Shown in pieces: positions 39,158 through 47,335 of a stretch of DNA of 64,000 nucleotides. Origin of the DNA: Candidatus Dojkabacteria bacterium (GTDB lineage: Bacteria; Patescibacteriota; Dojkabacteria; SC72); assembly GCA_012842045.1 (NCBI GenBank), contig DUTP01000002.1, forward strand, positions 35,601-99,600. The letters run 5' to 3'. Position 1 is the stretch's first letter. The number at the start of each line of letters is the position of its first letter. Under the pieces are notes generated by a model. It was given only the letters and a program-made list of their open reading frames with translations. It searched no databases and was not told where the DNA came from. The translations under genes were made by a program, and so were the position numbers.

Positions 39158-39976
39158 TTAGTCCTCTGTACTTATCGTTATCTCTCCTACACCTCCCGAG
39201 ATATCAACAGTATGTATACCATTTCCATATACTCCTGACTGTATACTATTTCTATCAAGTTTAATATCACCTAAACCTTTATCAACATTGAAAGTATAGT
39301 TTTTATAACTATCTAATAGGTTTAGACCTACTTCTCCAACTCCAGCATCAATCTTGTTTCTACCTGTTAAAGATAGTGTCGCATTAAATGTTCCAACACC
39401 TAAATCAGCATCTAGATTATTAAGTTTTCCATCATGGACAGTTAATTCTCCAACCCCACCAGACAATTTAATTTCATTAGTAACATCAATTCTACCTATT
39501 GTTACCTCACCAGCACCCAAATTGATTCTTGCATTCTTACAATACAATTCTTCAATTGAAACCTTTCCTGCACCTGTCTCAATACTAACTGCATCTAATG
39601 CTCTATCAGTAGGTAAAACAACAATCAGTTCTAAATCTCTATTTCTGTAGAAAAAACCTTCTCTATGATTATCGGTAATAATTATTGAATTTCTTTGTGT
39701 TTCAATAGTTAAATCTTTGTTATTAGTAACCACAGAGAACTTATCTCCTGTTTTTACAGTTAATCTACTTATCTTAGTATGTATATCTAAATTATCGTAA
39801 TCCTCAAAGTCAAAGTTAATATCCCTTTCAACCAAAGCTTCTGCTTTTTGATTTGTATCAAAAAAGAAACCACCAACAAACAGTAAACCACCTACTGCAA
39901 CTCTAAATATTCCAATAATTAAAACAATTGCAAATACAAGAGCACTGTACTTTATAATTTTTTGAAAGTTTTTCAT
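39158..39976 (-). CDS. DUF4097-family beta-helical (putative adhesin-like) protein with N-terminal membrane anchor
   Basis: TM anchor followed by repeated G-x-G-x-V/I-x-V beta-strand units typical of DUF4097. Confidence 0.6.
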   Translation of the reverse strand: MKNFQKIIKYSALVFAIVLIIGIFRVAVGGLLFVGGFFFDTNQKAEALVERDINFDFEDYDNLDIHTKISRLTVKTGDKFSVVTNNKDLTIETQRNSIIITDNHREGFFYRNRDLELIVVLPTDRALDAVSIETGAGKVSIEELYCKNARINLGAGEVTIGRIDVTNEIKLSGGVGELTVHDGKLNNLDADLGVGTFNATLSLTGRNKIDAGVGEVGLNLLDSYKNYTFNVDKGLGDIKLDRNSIQSGVYGNGIHTVDISGGVGEITISTED

Positions 39977-40674
39977 TTTACTTCTGTGCCTCCAAAGATA
40001 TTAGTTGAGTTTATATATATTGTCTTTTTACTCTTACTATCTTTTTTATCTTTACTTTCTTCTTTCTTCTTACCTGTCTTGTTATCTAAACCACCAAATA
40101 TTGATGTATGTACTACTTTAACTTCTACATCATCTGGGACATATATCTCTATACCACCAAATATTGCTGTTGTTTCTATTACAGCATCTTCTTTGATAAT
40201 TGCATTTCTTAAGTCACATTCAATAGCTCCAAAGATAGCACTTAATTCTAAGTTTTTTACCTCTTCATCTAATACAATCTTTTGACCACTAAATGTAGAG
40301 AAATATTCTTCACCTTTTTTATCTTTGCTAATCTCTTTAATCTTCTTAGTTGTTGGAGCATCAATTGTATTTTTAAACAATACAACGAGACCACTACCAA
40401 CTAAAATAGCAGGGAAGATTAAATGTCCAATTTTCTCGAAGGAGATAATCCCTTGTACTAGGAGTAATATTGAACATCCAATTATTATGCCTATTAAATT
40501 ACCAATTTTGTCTTCATCTTTTATTAAACCAATTAGACTAGGGATAATGATAAATAGTGTCCACCAACCTTTAAAGAATAGGTTGACATTAAGTATTCCT
40601 GAGGCTTTAAGCCCCCATATTACACCAATAGCGATTAAAGCTATTCCCCAAATAGTTTTATTGGAGTTTTTCAT
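39973..40674 (-). CDS. LiaF-like / DUF2154 cell-envelope stress membrane protein
   Basis: N-terminal 4-TM domain plus a C-terminal repeated IFGG(I/L/T)E motif typical of the LiaF/YvqF C-domain. Overlaps the DUF4097 gene by 4 nt. Confidence 0.6.
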   Translation of the reverse strand: MKNSNKTIWGIALIAIGVIWGLKASGILNVNLFFKGWWTLFIIIPSLIGLIKDEDKIGNLIGIIIGCSILLLVQGIISFEKIGHLIFPAILVGSGLVVLFKNTIDAPTTKKIKEISKDKKGEEYFSTFSGQKIVLDEEVKNLELSAIFGAIECDLRNAIIKEDAVIETTAIFGGIEIYVPDDVEVKVVHTSIFGGLDNKTGKKKEESKDKKDSKSKKTIYINSTNIFGGTEVK

Positions 40675-40790
40675 ATGCTTTTCTTTTACAAAATTATTTA
40701 CACCACTTACAATAATTGTAACATAAAAATTTTTGTTTTTGTGTCGAGTTGGACGAATCCTGTAGGAAAACTTAGTGGATTGTTGCTATG

Positions 40791-40799
40791 TGTTATAAT
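40791..40799 (+). promoter_or_regulatory. extended -10 TGTTATAAT upstream of the HD-domain gene
   Basis: TGnTATAAT, 12 nt upstream of the ATG at 40811. Confidence 0.35.
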
Positions 40800-40810
40800 C
40801 ACACAGTTCA

Positions 40811-41893
40811 ATGAGTGAAAGAAATGAAATCGAAAACATAGATAATAGTGATGTAATAATACCTGAAATTGATTACATAGACTATGTAGACAGAGAAGTA
40901 AGGGAATATTTTGATATTTTAGAACCTGAATATCCAGAATGGTTAAATGAATATATAAATACAGACATTTTACTAAAACAACAACATATTAGTACTACAT
41001 GTGGCACAATATACTCAGATCTGTTTGAAAGTGATTTTAGTCTTTCAAGTTTGGATCACTCTATCGGTGTAGCTCTTATCTGTTGGCATTTTACACATGA
41101 TAAGAAAATTACATTAGCTGGACTATTCCACGATGTAGCAACTCCAGTATTTAAACATACAATAGACTTCCTAAAAGGTGACCATATGACACAAGAAGCA
41201 ACAGAAGAATTGACATCTGATATTATATCTAGTTCGGAAGAAGTAATGTCTTTGTTGAGGAGAGATAACATAGAATTATCAGAGATTGATGATTATGCAA
41301 TATATCCAATAGCAGATAATTCAACACCAATGTTAGCAGCTGATAGACTGGAATATTCTTTGTCACATGCTTTGTTTACCTACAAGTTGTTGGGGAAGGA
41401 CAAGATAAAGGAGATATATGATGATATTGAAATACAGATTAATGAACATGGGAAACAAGAACTGGGTTTTAAAACTAAAAAGATAGCCAGAGAGTTAGTT
41501 AAGGTGACAAGTAAGCTATCTATAATATATCGTGATGATAGGACAAGGTACTCTATGCAGTTCTTAGCAGATATAGTTAAGAAATTACATGAAGAAAAAG
41601 TTATTACAGAATCTGATTTATATAATCTAACGGAAAAGGAAGTTATAGATATTATTGAAAAATCGAAGTATGCAGATGTGTTTAAGAAGTGGAAGAATGC
41701 CAAAAAGGTAAAAACATCAAAAGAGAAACCTAGCAATGTATATTATGTGCATCAGGGTTCTAAGGTAAGGTATATAGATCCTTTAGTGAACGGAGTAAGA
41801 ATGTCTAAGGCATGTAAGATAGCGAATAAGATGATTCAAAAGAATTTGTCTTATGATATGGATAACTATGTTTATTTAGATTTTGATTTTTGA
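40811..41893 (+). CDS. HD-domain phosphohydrolase
   Basis: HSIGVALICWHF ... GLFHDVATPVFKH is an H...HD metal-binding motif. Confidence 0.75.
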   Translation: MSERNEIENIDNSDVIIPEIDYIDYVDREVREYFDILEPEYPEWLNEYINTDILLKQQHISTTCGTIYSDLFESDFSLSSLDHSIGVALICWHFTHDKKITLAGLFHDVATPVFKHTIDFLKGDHMTQEATEELTSDIISSSEEVMSLLRRDNIELSEIDDYAIYPIADNSTPMLAADRLEYSLSHALFTYKLLGKDKIKEIYDDIEIQINEHGKQELGFKTKKIARELVKVTSKLSIIYRDDRTRYSMQFLADIVKKLHEEKVITESDLYNLTEKEVIDIIEKSKYADVFKKWKNAKKVKTSKEKPSNVYYVHQGSKVRYIDPLVNGVRMSKACKIANKMIQKNLSYDMDNYVYLDFDF

Positions 41894-42068
41894 TATACCC
41901 AGTTCTGAAACAAGTTACAATATAAAAAATTTCAAATAATCCCAAATTATAGTTTCTAACTATTTCCCCACAACATCTCCTGTTGCTAAAAACCCTTGTA
42001 ATAGTAAGGGGAAAGTAGAGAGTGTTTTTTCTTTAAAATAATAGTAAAAATTTTACACTATGAGTTTC

Positions 42069-42097
42069 TTGACACACTATACACCCTATACTATTCT
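42069..42097 (+). promoter_or_regulatory. sigma70-like promoter (TTGACA-17 nt-TATTCT) upstream of 42109
   Basis: Perfect -35 TTGACA with 17-nt spacing to a 4/6 -10. The spacer contains the recurring TACACCCTATA 11-mer. Confidence 0.35.
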
Positions 42098-42108
42098 AAA
42101 TATACGAT

Positions 42109-42636
42109 ATGGCAACACCTAAGAAAACAAAAAAAGATGAATTAATTCCTGTACGTAGAAGTGTTCATGTTGTATATCTATCATGTCCTCACTGTAGTCA
42201 TGAGATGGATAGTATAAAGCTTTGTCCTAAATGTAATGAACCAATGAGAGTGATTGATGTTGTTGAGAAGTTTGGTGAGGAAGCAGATAGATTTCTTGAG
42301 AGGTTAGAAAAGAGAAAGAAAAAAGGTGAGGATGGTGAGAGTGTATCCATGACAGAGGAAGATGAAGATCTTGAGATGGATAAGGAGGAGCCAAACATTA
42401 TCCTTCTTGGTGTTGATGATGATACTCTTGATGATGGTATTGATCCTTTTGATAATACAGATGATGCATCTCTGGATGTTATTTTCCCCGATGAAGGAGG
42501 AGATTCTACTCAACATGTAGAAGATGCTTCTTTGGATGATGATTTAGCTAAAGCTTTGGAACAGTTGGATGCAGAAGAAGAGAATGTCACAGCTGAAGAT
42601 TTTGGATTTGAAGATGGTGAAATACCAGAACTTTAA
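42109..42636 (+). CDS. zinc-ribbon protein with a long acidic C-terminal tail
   Basis: CPHCSHEMDSIKLCPKCNE (C4 ribbon) followed by a D/E-rich low-complexity tail. Confidence 0.55.
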   Translation: MATPKKTKKDELIPVRRSVHVVYLSCPHCSHEMDSIKLCPKCNEPMRVIDVVEKFGEEADRFLERLEKRKKKGEDGESVSMTEEDEDLEMDKEEPNIILLGVDDDTLDDGIDPFDNTDDASLDVIFPDEGGDSTQHVEDASLDDDLAKALEQLDAEEENVTAEDFGFEDGEIPEL

Positions 42637-42645
42637 TTTATTCCA

Positions 42646-42815
42646 GGTTCCCTTATCAATTTCCCTTTATATACCAAGGACTATATCTGTTTTATGACGA
42701 TTAGTTAATATGCTATAAGTTGTAGAAGGAAAGCTACATATCTTCTAGTAAGTTAAATATTATCTCAAAAACTCATATAGTCCTTTCCTAGACAGTTAAA
42801 ATTGATAAGGGAACC
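42646..42815. repeat. 170-bp nested inverted-repeat element (possible structured RNA or MITE-like element)
   Basis: Outer perfect 15-bp IR GGTTCCCTTATCAAT (42646-42660) with ATTGATAAGGGAACC (42801-42815). Inner perfect 11-bp IR AAGGACTATAT (42676-42686) with ATATAGTCCTT (42775-42785). Confidence 0.5.
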
Positions 42816-42855
42816 GTGTTATAATAATTAATATCTAAACTAATTTCTAATAAGT

Positions 42856-43407
42856 ATGAAAAACATAATAGTAGCAGTAGTTGGTCTTTGTGGTGCAGGT
42901 AAATCAGAAGTTACGAATATGTTTGTTGAAAACAAATTTGAAAAGGTATACTTCGGAGATGTTACTTTTGATGAAATGAAGAAGAGGAATATGGAAATTA
43001 CTGAAGAGAATGAGAGAGTAATAAGAGAAGAACTTAGAGCAACAAATGATATGGCAATATATGCTAAGAAGAGTGAACCTAAGATAAAGAAAGCATATGA
43101 GGAAGGTAAAAATGTTGTAGTAGAAAGCCTCTACTCGTGGAGTGAGTATAAATATCTAAAGGAGATATACAAAGATAGTTTTAAGCTACTAGCAGTTGTA
43201 ACAGATAGAGACTTGAGAGCTGAGAGATTAAAAAACAGACCACATAGACCACTTACAGATGAGGAAGTTACACAGAGAGACTATGCAGAGATTGAAAATA
43301 TTGAAAAATCTGGTCCTATCGCCATTGCAGACCATTTTGTTTTAAACAATGGAACTTTTGAAGAGTTAAAGAAACAAGTTCAGGAATATATAGATTCCAT
43401 TATCTAA
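42856..43407 (+). CDS. P-loop nucleotide kinase (archaeal-type dephospho-CoA kinase / adenylate-kinase-like)
   Basis: Walker A VVGLCGAGKSEV, a lid-like RLKNRPHRPL region, 183 aa. Confidence 0.55.
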   Translation: MKNIIVAVVGLCGAGKSEVTNMFVENKFEKVYFGDVTFDEMKKRNMEITEENERVIREELRATNDMAIYAKKSEPKIKKAYEEGKNVVVESLYSWSEYKYLKEIYKDSFKLLAVVTDRDLRAERLKNRPHRPLTDEEVTQRDYAEIENIEKSGPIAIADHFVLNNGTFEELKKQVQEYIDSII

Positions 43408-43411
43408 GTTT

Positions 43412-43726
43412 CTAAACAATAGGCTTTTTAAGAAGTTCTAGTATTACTTCAAAATTGTCATCAGGTGAACTCCTTACTCTGTGTTTGTAGCCACAACTTT
43501 CGCATCTGTAATATATTCTAAAGATGTCTTTCTTAACTTCGGCAGTAATAGGTTTCATCAATCCTTCACATTTACACTCTCTATCACCAGGATTAATATC
43601 AACATGTTTAGAGTAAAGACATTTTGGACAATGATCGGTATACCCATCTCCTTTAACGGGAGTATTGCAATTAGCACATATGAAGTCTTCTTTTGTAGAT
43701 TTAAATTTCTTACTCATAACACACAA
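43412..43726 (-). CDS. RNHCP-domain zinc-ribbon protein
   Basis: FICANCNTPVKGDGYTDHCPKCLYSKHVD ... CESCGYKH matches the RNHCP domain pattern. Confidence 0.6.
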   Translation of the reverse strand: MCVMSKKFKSTKEDFICANCNTPVKGDGYTDHCPKCLYSKHVDINPGDRECKCEGLMKPITAEVKKDIFRIYYRCESCGYKHRVRSSPDDNFEVILELLKKPIV

Positions 43727-43771
43727 TTATACAACAGATGCCTTTACCATTCTTCTAAGGTATAATATCGC

Positions 43772-44953
43772 ATGTATAATCTACACAACAAATTTCCCAA
43801 GGTCGCAGTTGTAGCAGACCAGATGACATCTTTTGGTGGTGCAGATAGGGAGATGTATTCAATGTTGAAAGTATTCCCAGATGCAGATATATATACAGTT
43901 CTTTTCTACAAAGAGAAATATCCAACTCTGAAAAACAAAGTATATACATCATTTGTACAAAAGTGGGTTAAGGTGTTTGGGAAGAAATTCCATAGACATC
44001 TTAAAGTATTAAATCCTTTTGCATATGAAGGATTCGATTTAAGGGGATATGATTTAGTAATTAGTATATCAGCAGGTCCAGCCAAGTCAGTGATTACAGG
44101 AGTAGACCAACCACACCTAGCTATGGTTATGACACCACCTAGAAGTCTTTGGGATAATGAGTTGAATGTAAGGGGTTCTAAACTTAAATGGATTTACAAA
44201 CCTCTTTCCCATATTCTTAACACATACCTAAGAGTTTGGGATGTTAGTATTGCTAAAAGGGTTGACTACTGGAGTGCAAATTCAAAATTTATTGCACAGA
44301 AGATAAAGAAGACATATGGAGTAGATGCACGAGTAATATATCCAGGTGTAGAAGAGAAATATTTTAAACAATTAAAAGAAACGAAGGAAGGTGAAAGATT
44401 AATTAAAGATACAAAGGAGAAATTTTTCATTCCCGATGATTTTGTTCTAGTTGTTTCAAGGCTATATGACTACAAGAGAGTAGATTGGGCAATACGATCA
44501 TGTATTGAAAGCGGAGATAATTTAGTAATTGTAGGTGAAGGTCCAGATAGAAGATATTTAGATAAAGTTGCAAGAGGGTATAAAAACATACAGTTTTTGG
44601 GATTCATTAAGGATGAAGAAGTTCAAGCATTGTACAGTATGGCTAAGGTTTTGCTCTTTTGTGGAATTGAAGATTTTGGTTTAGTACCAGTTGAAGCTAT
44701 GGCAAGTGGAACACCAATATTTGCATACGGTTATGGTGGTGTATTGGAAACTGTTAAGAAGGGTGTAACTGGAGAGTTTTTCATAAACGAAGAAGAATTG
44801 GTACAGTTACTTAAGAATTATAATAAAAGGGGGTATAATGAGAAAGAGATTATAGAGCATGCGCAGACCTTTAATGAAAAGAGTTTCTTAATTAATTTTA
44901 CTAACTACCTTAAAGAAATCTATGAAAAAGAAAGGACAAGGAGACAGGGTTAA
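43772..44953 (+). CDS. GT4-family glycosyltransferase
   Basis: EDFGLVPVEAMASGTPIFAY is the canonical GT4 E-x7-E motif. Confidence 0.8.
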   Translation: MYNLHNKFPKVAVVADQMTSFGGADREMYSMLKVFPDADIYTVLFYKEKYPTLKNKVYTSFVQKWVKVFGKKFHRHLKVLNPFAYEGFDLRGYDLVISISAGPAKSVITGVDQPHLAMVMTPPRSLWDNELNVRGSKLKWIYKPLSHILNTYLRVWDVSIAKRVDYWSANSKFIAQKIKKTYGVDARVIYPGVEEKYFKQLKETKEGERLIKDTKEKFFIPDDFVLVVSRLYDYKRVDWAIRSCIESGDNLVIVGEGPDRRYLDKVARGYKNIQFLGFIKDEEVQALYSMAKVLLFCGIEDFGLVPVEAMASGTPIFAYGYGGVLETVKKGVTGEFFINEEELVQLLKNYNKRGYNEKEIIEHAQTFNEKSFLINFTNYLKEIYEKERTRRQG

Positions 44954-46106
44954 AGATATTAAAGTAGCAGTAGTTTGTGAACCTCTCTACAAATGGGGAG
45001 GAGCAGAACTACACTTGAAGTACATTCTTGAAGCTTTTCCTAATTCAGAACTCTTTACTGCATATTATGATGCAGAACTTGTTAAAAAAGAATTCAAAGG
45101 TATCAAAGTACACCATTCATTTATGCAATACCTTCCTTGGAAGGATAAATTGAGGTATCTCTACCTTCTTCTTAATCCTTTGGCATATAAAAGTTTTAAC
45201 TTTAAAGATTTTGATGTAATTGTTTCTCTCTCATCTCACTTTGCTAAATTTGCACATACAGATGGAGTTCCACATATAGATGATTGTTTAACTCCTCCAA
45301 AATTCTTTTGGCAGAAAGATGATAGGACTCTTAAGAGTAAAGAGCAGATGAGTGGGATAAATAAGGTGCTCTTCTCGATATATTCGTTTTTCATGGATAC
45401 ATTTCTTGAAAGGCTATGGCAAAAGTGGGATAGAAATGCAGCAAGGAAATGTACCAGGATAATTGCTAATTCTAAGGTAGTTAAGAAGAGAATAAAGAAA
45501 TTCTATGGATGTGACTCAGATGTAATATATCCACCTGTTGAAGTTGATAAAATTTTGAAACATCCAAAAGTTAACAGAAAGGAGAATTGGTATCTCTATC
45601 TTGGTCGGGTTGAGAGATACAAAGGAGTACATCTTGCAATTAAAGCTTGTGATAGGTTAGATCTACCACTTAAAATTGCTGGAGCAGGACAGGACTTAGA
45701 AGCTATGAAAGAACTTGTTGATAAATTAGGTGCGAAAGGTATTGTAAAGTTCCTAGGTTTTGTTTCAGAGGAGGAGAAATATGACCTTATGAGTAAAGCC
45801 AGAGCATTGATTCTTCCAATTAGGGGAGAGGATTTTGGTTTGGTACCTGTTGAAGCGAATGCTTTTGGTACACCCGTCATTGCATACAAAGATGGAGGTG
45901 TAATGGAAACAATATCAGAAGAAAATCCTGCAACAGGAGTATTCTTTGAAGAGTACACAGTTGATTCTCTTGTTAAAGTTCTAAAAAACTTCAAGCCAGA
46001 AAAATATACGCAAGATAATTGTAGAAAACAGGCACAAAATTTTGCATCTGAAATATTTGTATACAAGCTACAAAACTATGTCAGGGACACCATACAAAGT
46101 AGTTAA
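44922..46106 (+). CDS. GT4-family glycosyltransferase
   Basis: EDFGLVPVEANAFGTPVIAY. A paralogue of the preceding gene. Confidence 0.8.
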   Translation: MKKKGQGDRVKDIKVAVVCEPLYKWGGAELHLKYILEAFPNSELFTAYYDAELVKKEFKGIKVHHSFMQYLPWKDKLRYLYLLLNPLAYKSFNFKDFDVIVSLSSHFAKFAHTDGVPHIDDCLTPPKFFWQKDDRTLKSKEQMSGINKVLFSIYSFFMDTFLERLWQKWDRNAARKCTRIIANSKVVKKRIKKFYGCDSDVIYPPVEVDKILKHPKVNRKENWYLYLGRVERYKGVHLAIKACDRLDLPLKIAGAGQDLEAMKELVDKLGAKGIVKFLGFVSEEEKYDLMSKARALILPIRGEDFGLVPVEANAFGTPVIAYKDGGVMETISEENPATGVFFEEYTVDSLVKVLKNFKPEKYTQDNCRKQAQNFASEIFVYKLQNYVRDTIQSS

Positions 46107-46734
46107 GAGAGTGTTGGATGTAATTCTGTCCTTTTCTCTTCTAATTCTTTTTTCACCTTTGCTTCTTCTTGTTTCAATATTAATTTTTTTAACTGATGGT
46201 AAGAATATTTTTGTAAAAGAACCTCTTAGACACGGATATGGTGGTAAAGAATTTAGAATGTTTAAGTTTAGAACAATGATTCCTAATGCTCATAGAGAGT
46301 TGTTAGAAAATCCAAAGTACAAGAGATTAAAGGAGAAGTGGAAAAAGAATGGTAACAAACTAAAAGTTGATGAAGATTCTAGAATTACATGGATAGGGAA
46401 GATTCTTAGGAAAACGGATATGGATGAATTACCTCAACTATTGAATGTTTTAATCGGTCAGATGTCTCTTGTTGGTCCTAGACCTACATACAAAACGGAG
46501 ATAGAGGTGCATTTGAAAAAATACCCAAAGGATAAACAACATCTTAAATATGTTTTTAGAGTAAGTCCTGGTATAACTGGTATATGGCAAGTTTCTGGTA
46601 GAAATGATATTTCACTACATAAGAGATTAGCTATGGAAGCAACATATGCAAGAAACTTAAACTTTCTTACAGACTTAAAAATTCTTCTTAAAACGCCTAA
46701 AATTGTGCTAAGTAGGGAGGGGGCATATGAGTAG
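46081..46734 (+). CDS. polyprenyl-phosphate sugar phosphotransferase (bacterial sugar transferase, WbaP/WcaJ C-terminal-domain type)
   Basis: KRVLDVILS...LLLLVSILIF TM helix, then KEFRMFKFRTM ... ELPQLLNVLIGQMSLVGPRP (PF02397 signature). The ATG at 46081 is chosen. The track start 46042 would overlap the upstream gene by 65 nt. Confidence 0.85.
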   Translation, partial: SGTPYKVVKRVLDVILSFSLLILFSPLLLLVSILIFLTDGKNIFVKEPLRHGYGGKEFRMFKFRTMIPNAHRELLENPKYKRLKEKWKKNGNKLKVDEDSRITWIGKILRKTDMDELPQLLNVLIGQMSLVGPRPTYKTEIEVHLKKYPKDKQHLKYVFRVSPGITGIWQVSGRNDISLHKRLAMEATYARNLNFLTDLKILLKTPKIVLSREGAYE

Positions 46735-47335
46735 AGATGTTGTAACTGTAATAAAATCGGTGAATTACTCGGAAGCGGATAAGGTGCTTACTGTTTTTGG
46801 TAGAGAGAGGGGTAAGTTTACTTTGTTTGCCAAAGGAATAAGGAAGATTAACAGTAAGAATAGGGGGAATGTTCAGACTTTGAGTACAAGTAAGATATCT
46901 TTTTATGAAGGTAAAGGAATGCCATTGTTAACAGAATCGGAATTAGTACAAATTCTTGATTTTGATAATATCCATGTTGAAAATATTCGTAGGGTTTTGT
47001 TTCTTCTTAATCACTTCTTACAAGAATATGATGCATATCCCAAATTGTTTGATGCTCTACAAAGTGCTATCAAAAAAGGTCTTGATTTAGAATCTGTTAA
47101 TAGATTGAGATTAATCTTCTTAAGAGAGATGGGATTTTTAGTTGATTTTAATCATTGTAAATATTGTAATTCTAGTGAGAATATAGGGTATTTGGATGGA
47201 AAAGACTTTGCACTTGTTTGTGAAAATTGCTACAGTATATACAAGGCAAAGTACCTAGGAGAGAGTCCTTACAACTCTAAGATTTTTACAGATGCCTTAG
47301 ATAGGTATATTAAGAAAATAGTTGAAGAAATATAA
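46727..47335 (+). CDS. recO: DNA repair protein RecO
   Basis: N-terminal OB-fold pattern (VIKSVNYSEADKVLTVF..GKFTLFAKG) and a C-terminal C4 zinc motif CKYCNS ... CENC. Confidence 0.8.
   Translation: MSRDVVTVIKSVNYSEADKVLTVFGRERGKFTLFAKGIRKINSKNRGNVQTLSTSKISFYEGKGMPLLTESELVQILDFDNIHVENIRRVLFLLNHFLQEYDAYPKLFDALQSAIKKGLDLESVNRLRLIFLREMGFLVDFNHCKYCNSSENIGYLDGKDFALVCENCYSIYKAKYLGESPYNSKIFTDALDRYIKKIVEEI

Noticed and set aside
45596-46066. 156-aa minus-strand ORF
   Set aside because: Antisense shadow of the GT4 gene 44922-46106.
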